Positions 19,638-27,551 of a DNA stretch of 49,262 bases are shown one piece after another. Source of the DNA: Spirochaetales bacterium (GTDB lineage: Bacteria > Spirochaetota > Spirochaetia > DTKZ01); assembly GCA_031274005.1 (NCBI GenBank), contig JAISQU010000157.1, positions 1 through 49,262 on the forward strand, given 5' to 3'. Under the pieces are notes generated by a model. That model was not told the DNA's origin. It did not search any database and was given only the letters and a program-made list of their open reading frames with translations. A program made the position numbers and the translations under genes. Position 1 is the stretch's first letter. Every line of letters begins with the position of its first letter.

Positions 19638-20995
19638 TTTCTGGCCTCCTCCGCAAGGGGAATTTCGAGCGCGGCCTTGACGCCGCCGCCTTCGCGGTTT
19701 TCAATCTGTAAAGAGCCGGCGGCGGCTTCCGCGAAGCGCCACGCGATACAAAGCCCCACGCCGGAGCCCTTGCTTTTTGTCGTAAAGAAAGGATCAAAAA
19801 GTCTGCCCATCTCCGCATCGGGAAGACCCTCCCCCTTGTCCAGAACTTCCAGTACGGCGCGGCCGCCTTCGCGAAAAACCTTCATCCGCACCTCCCCGGG
19901 CGCGCTGCCGCTTTCCAAAGCGTTGCGCAGAAGGTTCTCCACAATCGACTGAAGCCTGTCGGGGTCTATAATTATCCACACGCCCTCTTCGGCGAAAAAA
20001 GCCGGAATGTCGGGATGAACAGGCGTCTGCGTCTGCCAGCCCGCGCGTCTGACTATGTTCCGCGCGAAATCCCCCAGGTCGACAGGTACGGGCATCCCCC
20101 TGGGTTCCCGCAGAAAATCCCCTATCCTGTCGGTAAGCCGCCGCAGCCGCGCTACTTCCTGGGTAATGGCGTCCAGCTCGGCGCCGACTTTTTCCGGGCA
20201 CACCCGGCCAATGATGTCGGCCTGGAGTTGAATCGCGCTCAGGGGGTTTTTGATCTCGTGGGCCAGAGTCCTTGCCGCCGAACCCAGGGCCACAAGCTCC
20301 TTCTGTTCCTGCAGCTTCCGGCTGTAAGCCCTGGTCTTTGCCAAAAGACTTCCAAGACGCCACAAAGCTATAGCAAGAAAAATTTCCCAACCCGCAAAAA
20401 CCAGACAGGCGATGCGCCTTCGCAGCCAGTAGTCACTCTGCCGTACGGAAAAAATCACAACGGCAGCCCTGTCCCCCTCATCTTTTCTGTGCATGTGCTG
20501 TGACGGAAGAAGCGTAACAATGTGCAGATTCCCGCTGGACTCATCAATAACATAATTCCGCAGAGGGCCGTCCGGACTTTCCTCTTCGGGGGGCGGATAC
20601 CTGTCGGGAATATCGCCGTACCGGAAAATATTCTCACCCTCCGCGGAATATACGCCTATGCCCGCTATCTTTTCTTTCAGCAGCGGATACTCATCAAGAA
20701 CCCCGGTAAGGCCGGAGAACTCCCTCTCGGCGCGAAAACGGCGCGGTTCCCTGCTCTGTTCCTGAAACCTTTCCTGCCGCATCGCGGTAAAGAGATTGTT
20801 CATTGTCTGTTCCGCCTTGTTGCGGGCAAGAAGCAGATTCGTATATAACTGGCCGCGCAGAAAGCTGTAGCCCAAAACGGTAAACAGAAGAAAAATTCCC
20901 GCTGTTCCCACAAAAAAAAGCAGTCTGCCGCCGCCGGTTGTATGTCTTCCGGGCATTTCCCCGTTAGAAACCGCAGAAGAAACTTTGCGCCTCAT
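19634..20995 (-). CDS. Sensor histidine kinase (HisKA + HATPase_c)
   Basis: 453 aa. Two TM segments, H-box LAHEIKNPLSAI, and N/G boxes (NLLRNALES, DKGEGL, GSGVGL). It overlaps the downstream regulator gene by 4 nt. Confidence 0.9.
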   Translation of the reverse strand: MRRKVSSAVSNGEMPGRHTTGGGRLLFFVGTAGIFLLFTVLGYSFLRGQLYTNLLLARNKAEQTMNNLFTAMRQERFQEQSREPRRFRAEREFSGLTGVLDEYPLLKEKIAGIGVYSAEGENIFRYGDIPDRYPPPEEESPDGPLRNYVIDESSGNLHIVTLLPSQHMHRKDEGDRAAVVIFSVRQSDYWLRRRIACLVFAGWEIFLAIALWRLGSLLAKTRAYSRKLQEQKELVALGSAARTLAHEIKNPLSAIQLQADIIGRVCPEKVGAELDAITQEVARLRRLTDRIGDFLREPRGMPVPVDLGDFARNIVRRAGWQTQTPVHPDIPAFFAEEGVWIIIDPDRLQSIVENLLRNALESGSAPGEVRMKVFREGGRAVLEVLDKGEGLPDAEMGRLFDPFFTTKSKGSGVGLCIAWRFAEAAAGSLQIENREGGGVKAALEIPLAEEARK

Positions 20996-21025
20996 TAAAA
21001 GCCGTCCCCTTTCATGCGTCCGCCT

Positions 21026-22219
21026 TTAATCAGCCCGCAGCGCGTCAATAGGATTCATCGCCGACGCCTTGTGCGCGGGATAGTAGCCAAAGAAGATTCC
21101 CACAGCCGCCGCGAATCCCGCGGACAGCAAAATAAAAAACGGACTGATGATTGCCCGCAGCCCGAAAGCCGACTCCAGAAGATGCGAGAGCCCCACGGCA
21201 AGCAGTATGCCGATAAGCCCGCCGGAAAGACTCAAAACCACGGACTCCGTCAAAAACTGCCGCAGAATATCCCGCCGCCGCGCGCCCACGGACAAACGTA
21301 TGCCGATTTCCCGCGTACGTTCGGTAACGGACACCAGCATAATATTCATAATGCCTATCCCCCCGACCAGAAGGGACACTCCGGCGATAGCGCCCAAAAG
21401 CATGGTCAGCGTCTTTGCTACGGACGAGGCCATCTCAATAATCTGGGCCTGGTTCATCACGCTAAAGTCGTTCTCGGCCTCCGGGGACAGCCTGTGCGCT
21501 TCGCGCAGAATATCCTCAACCTCGGCCTGCGCGTCGTCCATGCGATCCTCGGAGGCGGCGCTGATTTCTATGCTTTGCAGGTATCTGCTCCGCCTCAGCC
21601 TGCTTATGGCTGTCGAAAGGGGAACCATCACAATATCGTCCTGATCGCTTCCCATGGCGTTGGAACCTTTAGACTCCAAAACGCCCACGATTTCAAAGGG
21701 AGTGTTCGCTATGCGGAATCTTTTTCCCACAGGATCATCATCGGGAAAAAGCTGTTTCGCGACGGTCATGCCGATGACGGCTTTCTTTGCGCGGAGGTTC
21801 ACATCGCGCTCGGTAAAAAAATCCCCCGCGCCGGTAGTCCATTCCTTGATGCGCAGGTAATCCGGCTCCACCCCGTACACCGTTGTCGGCCAGTTGCCTA
21901 TGCCGCCCACAACAGCCTGCGCGCTGCGCACAACGCCGGAGGCCGCGCCGACATGCACACCCTCTTTGCGGATTTTTTCCACATCTTCAATGACAAGGCG
22001 GTTGGCCGCGTTCTGCCCGCGCGGAGGCATTATCATAATAAGGTTTGTTCCCATGGACGAAATATTGTCCCTGATGGAAGCCTGCGAACCCTCGCCGACC
22101 GCCACCATGACAATAACCGAACAAACGCCTATGATGATGCCCAGAGTCGTCAGAAGACTCCGCATCCTGTTGCGTAAAATACTCCTCAGGGACAGCCGTA
22201 CAAGCGTGGATGCGTTCAT
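21026..22219 (-). CDS. ABC transporter permease, MacB/FtsX type
   Basis: 397 aa. N-terminal TM helix, a large periplasmic domain, and a C-terminal 3-TM FtsX module (REIGIRLSVGARRRDIL). It overlaps the ATPase gene by 4 nt. Confidence 0.85.
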   Translation of the reverse strand: MNASTLVRLSLRSILRNRMRSLLTTLGIIIGVCSVIVMVAVGEGSQASIRDNISSMGTNLIMIMPPRGQNAANRLVIEDVEKIRKEGVHVGAASGVVRSAQAVVGGIGNWPTTVYGVEPDYLRIKEWTTGAGDFFTERDVNLRAKKAVIGMTVAKQLFPDDDPVGKRFRIANTPFEIVGVLESKGSNAMGSDQDDIVMVPLSTAISRLRRSRYLQSIEISAASEDRMDDAQAEVEDILREAHRLSPEAENDFSVMNQAQIIEMASSVAKTLTMLLGAIAGVSLLVGGIGIMNIMLVSVTERTREIGIRLSVGARRRDILRQFLTESVVLSLSGGLIGILLAVGLSHLLESAFGLRAIISPFFILLSAGFAAAVGIFFGYYPAHKASAMNPIDALRAD

Positions 22220-22923
22220 ACCTCCTCCCGCGGCGCGGCCGGCCTCAGCTCTTCGCGGATAACGCGCCCGTCCCGCAGAACAATCTTCCGCCTGGCCCAG
22301 AGCGCTATATCCTCCTCGTGCGTCACCATTACAATAGTAATGCCCGCGTTGTTCAGTTCCTTAAAAAGGCTCATAATTCCGTTTGACATCTGCGTATCCA
22401 GATTGCCCGTGGGCTCATCGGCGATTATAATGGCGGGATCGGTAACAAGCGCCCTGGCAATGGCGACCCTCTGCTGCTGCCCCCCCGAAAGCTGATTTGG
22501 TATATGATGCAGTCTCTCGCCCAGCCCCACGCGCTCCAGGGCCTCTTTGGCTTTTTTCATTGCGTCTTTTCCCCCGCCGGCCCTGTCATACAAAAGAGGA
22601 AGTTCCACATTTTCCAGGGCCGTCGTTTTTTGCAGAAGATTAAACCCCTGAAAGACAAATCCTATCTTTTTGTTGCGTATGTCGGCAAGACCATCGTCGG
22701 TCGCGCCGGAGGTATCCATACCGTCAAGGACGTACGTTCCCGCCGTAGGCACATCAAGACAGCCTATGATATTCATTAAAGTTGACTTGCCCGAACCCGA
22801 GGCGCCCATAATGGCGACAAACTCCGTCCGGTCTATCGTAACATCCACCCCATCCAGAGCCTTGACCGTAACCTCCCCAAAGGAGTAATAACGCTTTATC
22901 CCTGTTAACTCAATAACCGCCAT
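22216..22923 (-). CDS. ABC transporter ATP-binding protein (MacB/LolD-like)
   Basis: 235 aa. Walker A GASGSGKST, signature LSGGQQQRVAIARA, Walker B IIIADEPTGNLD. Confidence 0.92.
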   Translation of the reverse strand: MAVIELTGIKRYYSFGEVTVKALDGVDVTIDRTEFVAIMGASGSGKSTLMNIIGCLDVPTAGTYVLDGMDTSGATDDGLADIRNKKIGFVFQGFNLLQKTTALENVELPLLYDRAGGGKDAMKKAKEALERVGLGERLHHIPNQLSGGQQQRVAIARALVTDPAIIIADEPTGNLDTQMSNGIMSLFKELNNAGITIVMVTHEEDIALWARRKIVLRDGRVIREELRPAAPREEV

Positions 22924-22947
22924 GCTAAAATCCCCGCGCCCCGCAGC

Positions 22948-24252
22948 CTATTTCTGCCGCACAATAACGGACAGCCCCTCAAGAGCGTCCGCGTCTACAA
23001 TCTCGGTATTCGACCCGTCGACAACGCCCGTCCTGACCATGTGCAGGGAAACCGAACCATCCGCCCCCAAAAACCACAGGGGCCGCCGCGCTGCGCCGGA
23101 AGACGCGCCGCCCGCCATACCCGCGTTCTGCTGCCGCCCGCCCCCGCCCGGAAAGCGCGGCATACCCAGAATCCCGCCGCCCACAGGCAAAGCCTGCGCC
23201 GAAGCGGCGGCGGCCTTCGCGTTTTCATCAAACTGCCGCAGCGCCGCCTGCCTCTCCTCAGCCGGCCTGTCCGCGAGACGCTCCTCCAGCATCCTTCTGC
23301 GCGCGGCCGAAGCCACATCCTCCGGCGGACTAAACCGAAAAGCCGAGGAGGGCGCCACAAGCGCGTCTTTTTTTTCCATCACAATAAATTCCATATTCGC
23401 CGTCATCCCCGGCAGAAGAACCCCGCCGGGATTCTGCGTTGTCACGACAACCGTATAATTGACAACATTATCCGTCGCCACCGGCACCTTGCGGATCTGA
23501 CTCACCGCGCCCGTAAACTTCCTGTCCGGATACGCCTCCACGGTAAAGCGCACATCCATCCCCGTACGAATGCTCGAAATATCAAGCTCATCCACCTCGC
23601 CCTTGATCTCCATCGTATCCAGATTTTCCGCGAGAATAAAAAGCTGCGTTACGCTGCCGGAGTTTGCCACAACCGTCTCGCCCTTCTCGACCTTGCGGTC
23701 AAGCACAATGCCGTCAATAGGCGAAAGAATAATCGCGTACTCATCGATATTCAGCCGCGCCTTCTCGTACTGCGTCTCCGCCTGAATCAGCGCCGCCCTC
23801 TGCACCTCCATATCCGTCTTGCTCGTATGCAAATCGAACTCTGAAATCAGCTTACGCTCAAAAAGCTGCCTGTTATTATCCCAGGACAGCTTCGCGTGTT
23901 CATACTGCGCCCGCGCCCGCGTCAGCGCCGCCTCCGTCTCGCGCAAAGTAATTTTCAGCATCTCCGTATTCAGCTCAACAAGCGGCTGCCCCTTTTTCAC
24001 CGTATCATTAAAATCCACCAGCACCTTCTCCACAGTCCCCGTCAACTGCGTCAGCACATTCACCGTTCCCACCGCCTGCAGCTTGCCTGAACTGGACACC
24101 AGTTCCTCAATGGTACTGCGCCCAATCACCGCCGTCTCGTACTCCGCCGCGGCCTTTGCCTTTGCTCCCGAAAAAAACAGAAGCCCCCCCGCAATGGCGA
24201 GAAAGCCGCCGGCGAAAACAAAGCTCTTTTTGCGTTTACTGTTCATGACCAC
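22948..24252 (-). CDS. Efflux periplasmic adaptor (HlyD/MacA family)
   Basis: 434 aa. N-terminal membrane anchor, a coiled-coil hairpin region (QYEHAKLSWDNN...QAETQYEKARLN), and beta-barrel/lipoyl motifs (SPIDGIVL). The Gly/Ala-rich C-terminal insert is unusual. Confidence 0.85.
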   Translation of the reverse strand: MVMNSKRKKSFVFAGGFLAIAGGLLFFSGAKAKAAAEYETAVIGRSTIEELVSSSGKLQAVGTVNVLTQLTGTVEKVLVDFNDTVKKGQPLVELNTEMLKITLRETEAALTRARAQYEHAKLSWDNNRQLFERKLISEFDLHTSKTDMEVQRAALIQAETQYEKARLNIDEYAIILSPIDGIVLDRKVEKGETVVANSGSVTQLFILAENLDTMEIKGEVDELDISSIRTGMDVRFTVEAYPDRKFTGAVSQIRKVPVATDNVVNYTVVVTTQNPGGVLLPGMTANMEFIVMEKKDALVAPSSAFRFSPPEDVASAARRRMLEERLADRPAEERQAALRQFDENAKAAAASAQALPVGGGILGMPRFPGGGGRQQNAGMAGGASSGAARRPLWFLGADGSVSLHMVRTGVVDGSNTEIVDADALEGLSVIVRQK

Positions 24253-24262
24253 CTCATTTATT

Positions 24263-24368
24263 CGCAGGCGTATGGCGGCTCCGCCGCCACCGGGCTTTGC
24301 GGGGGTTCCGCCCCGGCCTTGCGGCCGGGGCCCCTTTCGGGCCCCTTCAATCCCTTACGCCCCACGGG
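24263..24368 (-). repeat. Copy of the dispersed GGGATTGAAG hairpin-repeat family (X5), in the 5' leader of the efflux operon
   Basis: Minus-strand read: CCCGTGGGGCGTAAGGGATTGAAGGGGCCC-GAAA-GGGGCCCCGGCC-GCAA-GGCCGGGGCGGAACCCCCGCAAAGCCCGGTGGCGGC-GGA-GCCGCC. It aligns module-for-module with 47087-47188. Confidence 0.6.
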
Positions 24369-24435
24369 TAAGCAGCGGTCTGCTGTTGCGACCAGCCCCT
24401 TACGCGTCCCGCCCGGAACGCACCCCATAAAGTAG

Positions 24436-24451
24436 AGCAAATTCCGTGCCA
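24436..24451 (-). promoter_or_regulatory. Sigma-54 (-24/-12) promoter upstream of the MacA-like gene
   Basis: The minus strand reads TGGCACGGAATTTGCT, an exact fit to TGGCAC-N5-TTGCW. It lies ~185 nt upstream of the ATG at 24252. Confidence 0.7.
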
Positions 24452-24705
24452 TAATAATAGGCCATTTTAGAGTTAAAAAGAAGGGGCGCGCGCGGGAATT
24501 CGCGCAAACCCTGCGCGGGACATGCAAAGCCTGCGCGCCGGACGCAATTAAGAAAAAGAGTTCTAACCTCCGGACTCACGTCCTCCGGACCGCATGATAC
24601 GCCGGACAATACCCATTGCCGAAACCCCCGGATCGCCGCCGTATGCCTCAAGGCGCGGCGTACGTACGTATTTACGAATAATAAGAAATCTCTTACAATA
24701 AAAGT

Positions 24706-25119
24706 ATGGAGACGGATATCCGCTGGAAGCAGCGGTTCCAGAATTACCGCAAGGCTTTTTCTTGTTTGACAGGGGCTGTGCGCACAGCGAAAGAACATCC
24801 TCTCAGCGATATGGAACAATTGGGTCTGGTCAAAGCCTTTGAGTTTACTTTTGAGTTGTCCTGGAATGTGATGAAAGACTATCTAACAATGCAGGGTATT
24901 ACCGGAATAATCGGTTCAAGGGACGCCGTGAGGCAGGCTTTTAAGGCGGAATTAATTACGGACGGCCAGACATGGATGGAAATGATAGATTCCCGCAACT
25001 TAGCTTCCCATACATATAATGGTGATACAGCCGCCATGTTGACTGAAAAAATCCTACAAAACTATTATCGGGAATTCTCCGCTTTCGCGGAAAAAATGAT
25101 GGCCCTGGCGGAGTCATAA
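24706..25119 (+). CDS. HEPN-domain protein, HI0074 family (nucleotidyltransferase substrate-binding protein; HepT-like toxin)
   Basis: 137 aa. N-terminus DIRWKQRFQNYxKAF and an Rx4H motif (SRNLASHTY) are typical of the HI0074 family. Confidence 0.85.
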   Translation: METDIRWKQRFQNYRKAFSCLTGAVRTAKEHPLSDMEQLGLVKAFEFTFELSWNVMKDYLTMQGITGIIGSRDAVRQAFKAELITDGQTWMEMIDSRNLASHTYNGDTAAMLTEKILQNYYREFSAFAEKMMALAES

Positions 25120-25461
25120 ATGCCCTATGGATTGTCCCCCCGCACCCAAAAAACCCTTACTTCAATATTTGAAAAATATCCCGGAATACAAAAAGTGATA
25201 TTATACGGCAGCCGCGCTCTGGGATCCTATAGGCCCGGCTCGGATATCGATATTACCCTGTGTACCGGCCCCGCCTTTACCTTAAGCGATTTACTGAGGC
25301 TGATGGGCGATTTTGATGAGTCCGATATGCCGTATCTCGTTGATGTTTCTTTATATCAAAATCTGACAAACCCTGAACTGAAAGCCCATATCGACAGCGC
25401 GGGCAAAATTCTTTATTCGCGGACAGCGGCCTTTGAGGGCAAGCCGGTAGAATCCGTGTGA
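25120..25461 (+). CDS. Minimal nucleotidyltransferase (MNT; MntA-like antitoxin)
   Basis: 113 aa. GSxxxG...DxD signature (LYGSRALGSYRPGSDIDI). The ATG directly abuts the stop of the preceding HEPN gene. Confidence 0.85.
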   Translation: MPYGLSPRTQKTLTSIFEKYPGIQKVILYGSRALGSYRPGSDIDITLCTGPAFTLSDLLRLMGDFDESDMPYLVDVSLYQNLTNPELKAHIDSAGKILYSRTAAFEGKPVESV

Positions 25462-25492
25462 TATTGACGGCCGCCCGCTTTCAACCTATAGT

Positions 25493-25822
25493 TTGAGCAT
25501 GGACGCGGCAGTACAGACGGAAATCGATATGCTCACAAACATAATTGTACAAACCATTCCCGTGGAGCAGATTTACCTCTTCGGCTCCTACGCCTACGGT
25601 ACGCCGCATAAAGATTCCGATTTGGATTTGTATGTGGTGATGAAAGATGAAGTACAGATGCGGAATGTCGAGGCGGGGTTGAAAATTCGCTTTGCGATTG
25701 ATTCGCAAAAAACGATGCCTGTTGATGTTCTTGTGTCAAAAAAGCGGGAATATCTTCAAAACAAAGACGGTCCTACACTGGAACATAAAATCGCGCGCGA
25801 AGGCAGGCTGATTTATGGCTAA
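25493..25822 (+). CDS. Minimal nucleotidyltransferase (MNT), second module
   Basis: 109 aa. LFGSYAYGTPHKDSDLDLYVV signature. Confidence 0.8.
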   Translation: MSMDAAVQTEIDMLTNIIVQTIPVEQIYLFGSYAYGTPHKDSDLDLYVVMKDEVQMRNVEAGLKIRFAIDSQKTMPVDVLVSKKREYLQNKDGPTLEHKIAREGRLIYG

Positions 25823-26216
25823 CAAACCGGAAGACTGGTGTTTTTTAGCGGATAGGGATTTACGAGCGGCGGAACATCTTGCCTCGACTATGCGACCTGT
25901 TCCTGTTGAAATAATCTGTTTCCATTGCCAGCAGGCTGGCGAAAAATATCTGAAAGGCTTTGTTACCCTCAAGGAGAACAAAGAACCGCCATATATTCAC
26001 GATGTAGCCCAATTATGCAAACTGTGTGAAAAATATGATTCAACGTTTTCCGGTATCCTCAAACTGTGTTCCATTTTGACGGAATTTGGCATACAGCCCC
26101 GCTATGACCGTATGATGCAGCTATCGGAGGACGATATGCATCAGGCCGTAAAATGTGCGCAGGAAGTTGAAGTTTTTATCAAAACAAAGATGCCGGAAAC
26201 TGACGAAGGTATGTAA
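25815..26216 (+). CDS. HEPN-domain protein, second module
   Basis: 133 aa. CFHCQQAGEKYLKGF is typical of PF05168-type HEPN helix 1. It overlaps the preceding MNT gene by 8 nt. Confidence 0.75.
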   Translation: MANKPEDWCFLADRDLRAAEHLASTMRPVPVEIICFHCQQAGEKYLKGFVTLKENKEPPYIHDVAQLCKLCEKYDSTFSGILKLCSILTEFGIQPRYDRMMQLSEDDMHQAVKCAQEVEVFIKTKMPETDEGM

Positions 26217-26336
26217 AATCCTTCGCTATGCTTTCAATAATTACAATGGGAAGGGAAATTGGGGATTGAAGTCATACCCGGCGAACAGCCCGTAGGCGAA
26301 GGGCTGCCCCTGGCCAAGAGGGGACATTAATTGGCG

Positions 26337-26365
26337 TTGACAAATCCCGCAATAATGACTATATT
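26337..26365 (+). promoter_or_regulatory. Sigma-70 promoter of the tRNA array
   Basis: TTGACA (26337-26342), 17 nt, then TATATT (26360-26365). The tRNA 5' end lies 20 nt downstream of the -10. Confidence 0.6.
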
Positions 26366-26385
26366 GATTCCCCGATTGTATAAAC

Positions 26386-26470
26386 GGAGAGGTGTCCGAG
26401 TGGTTGAAGGAGGCGGTCTTGAAAACCGTTGAACCGCAAGGTTCCGGGGGTTCGAATCCCCCCTTCTCCG
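26386..26470 (+). tRNA. tRNA-Ser (anticodon UGA)
   Basis: Manual cloverleaf: acceptor GGAGAGG/CTTCTCC, anticodon stem GCGGT/ACCGT with loop CTTGAAA, long variable arm, T arm GGGGG-TTCGAAT-CCCCC, discriminator G. CCA is not encoded. Confidence 0.9.
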
Positions 26471-26613
26471 AAGGAGAAGGGGGGATTCGAAACGAGCCTT
26501 CGCCGACCGGGAGGGAGGAAAAGGCGGCAGGGATGCCGCCGGCAGAGGGCGAAGGCGGGTCTGCGGGAGCGAACAGGAGGTTCGCGACTGGAGACCGGTT
26601 CCCCCCTTCTCCG
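26471..26613 (+). repeat. tRNA-linked GC-rich structured repeat, copy A (full length)
   Basis: It starts with GGAGAAGGGGGGATTCGAAAC, an inverted copy of the tRNA 3' end. The core has hairpins GGCGGCA-GGGA-TGCCGCC and GCGAAC-AGGAG-GTTCGC. It ends in CCCCCCTTCTCCG, a direct copy of the tRNA-Ser(UGA) 3' end. Confidence 0.7.
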
Positions 26614-26670
26614 CGAAGGCATTCAGCAGCCGTGTGCTTCCTGGTGGTTAAGGTTTAGCAAACCGGTAAT

Positions 26671-26735
26671 GGGGGGGGGGTAGAAACGAGCCCCCGCCGG
26701 CCAGCGGGAGGAAAAGCGCGCGGCAGTTTAGCGTT
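26671..26735 (+). repeat. tRNA-linked repeat, copy D (degraded; begins with a G10 run)
   Basis: G10-TAGAAACGAGCCCCCGCCGGCCAGCGGGAGGAAAAGCGCGCGGCAG aligns to the 5' half of copies A-C. One hairpin arm plus loop is deleted. Confidence 0.55.
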
Positions 26736-26749
26736 ATAGACGACCAATT

Positions 26750-26837
<88 letters not shown>

Positions 26838-26841
26838 TAAA

Positions 26842-26866
26842 ACGGCGTTTGCTGCCGTGTTTTTTT
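26842..26866 (+). terminator. Short hairpin plus T7 run after tRNA-Ser(GCU)
   Basis: ACGGC-GTTTGCT-GCCGT followed by GTTTTTTT. Confidence 0.45.
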
Positions 26867-26900
26867 CGTGTTGGGTTAAGGCTTTAGAAAGCCGGGCAAT

Positions 26901-27030
26901 GGGGGATTCGAAACGAGCCCTCGCCGACCAACGGGAGGAAAAGGCGGCATGGATGCCGCCGGCAGAGGGCGAAGGCGGGTCGGAAGGAGCGAACAGGACG
27001 TTCGCGACTGGAGACCGACCCCCCTCTCCG
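26901..27030 (+). repeat. tRNA-linked GC-rich structured repeat, copy B (full core)
   Basis: Near-identical to copy A over more than 100 nt. Hairpins are GGCGGCA-TGGA-TGCCGCC and GCGAAC-AGGAC-GTTCGC. It ends in CCCCCCTCTCCGTA, which matches the 3' end of tRNA-Ser(GCU) rather than that of tRNA-Ser(UGA). Confidence 0.7.
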
Positions 27031-27033
27031 TAT

Positions 27034-27107
27034 GTGCCCATAGCTCAGTTGGATAGAGTACCAGATTGCGGATCTGGTGGTCGGAGGTTCGAACCCTCTT
27101 GGGCACG
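27034..27107 (+). tRNA. tRNA-Arg (anticodon GCG)
   Basis: Acceptor GTGCCCA/TGGGCAC, D arm GCTC-AGTTGGATA-GAGT, anticodon stem CCAGA/TCTGG with loop TTGCGGA (U33, G37), T arm GGAGG-TTCGAAC-CCTCT, discriminator G. Confidence 0.85.
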
Positions 27108-27114
27108 TTTTTTT

Positions 27115-27202
27115 GGAGAGATGCGAGAGCGGTTGAATCGGGCGGACTCGAAATCCGTTGCGCCGCATTGCGGCGCCGAGGGTTCGAATCCCTCTCTCTC
27201 CG
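27115..27202 (+). tRNA. tRNA-Ser (anticodon CGA)
   Basis: Acceptor GGAGAGA/TCTCTCC, anticodon stem GCGGA/TCCGT with loop CTCGAAA, long variable arm (GCGCCGCATTGCGGCGC), T arm GAGGG-TTCGAAT-CCCTC, discriminator G. Confidence 0.9.
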
Positions 27203-27288
27203 AAGGAGATGGAGGGATTCGAAACGAGCCCTCGCCGACCGGCAGGGAGGAAAAGCGCGCAGGGATGCGCGCGGCAGAGGGCGAAACA
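27203..27288 (+). repeat. tRNA-linked repeat, copy C (3'-truncated)
   Basis: It starts with GGAGATGGAGGGATTCGAAAC, an inverted copy of the preceding tRNA 3' end. It has the same core as A and B, but the hairpin is GCGCGCA-GGGA-TGCGCGC (three compensated pairs). Similarity ends after GAGGGCGAA. Confidence 0.65.
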
Positions 27289-27314
27289 CAGATTTTTTCA
27301 CATGAAAAAATCTG
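27289..27314. terminator. Perfect 12-bp palindromic A/T-flanked hairpin (bidirectional terminator-like)
   Basis: CAGATTTTTTCA-CA-TGAAAAAATCTG. Confidence 0.45.
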
Positions 27315-27317
27315 CCT

Positions 27318-27442
27318 CCCTTGGGTCCGCGCCAGGGATTGCAGCGGAAATCCTTTTTTGCCGCGGAACGCGGCAAAAAAGATTGGAGCGGAAAGCCCGG
27401 TTTTTTGTCCGCCTACGGCGGACAAAAAAGGCGCCCAAAAAG
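27318..27442 (+). repeat. Copy of the dispersed GGGATTGmAG hairpin-repeat family (X1)
   Basis: GCGCCAGGGATTGCAGCGGAAATCC-[TTTTTTGCCGCG-GAA-CGCGGCAAAAAA]-GATTGGAGCGGAAAGCCCGG-[TTTTTTGTCCGCC-TAC-GGCGGACAAAAAA]-GGCGCCCAAA. It aligns with the reverse complement of 49151-49262. Confidence 0.65.
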
Positions 27443-27459
27443 TTGTGTATGTGTGTGTT

Positions 27460-27546
27460 GGAGAGATGTCCGAGAGGCCGAAGGAGCACGCTTGGAAAGT
27501 GTGTGTATCCGTGAGGGTACCGTGGGTTCGAATCCCACTCTCTCCG
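27460..27546 (+). tRNA. tRNA-Ser (anticodon GGA)
   Basis: Acceptor GGAGAGA/TCTCTCC, anticodon stem CACGC/GTGTG with loop TTGGAAA, long variable arm, T arm GTGGG-TTCGAAT-CCCAC, discriminator G. Confidence 0.9.
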
Positions 27547-27551
27547 TATTT

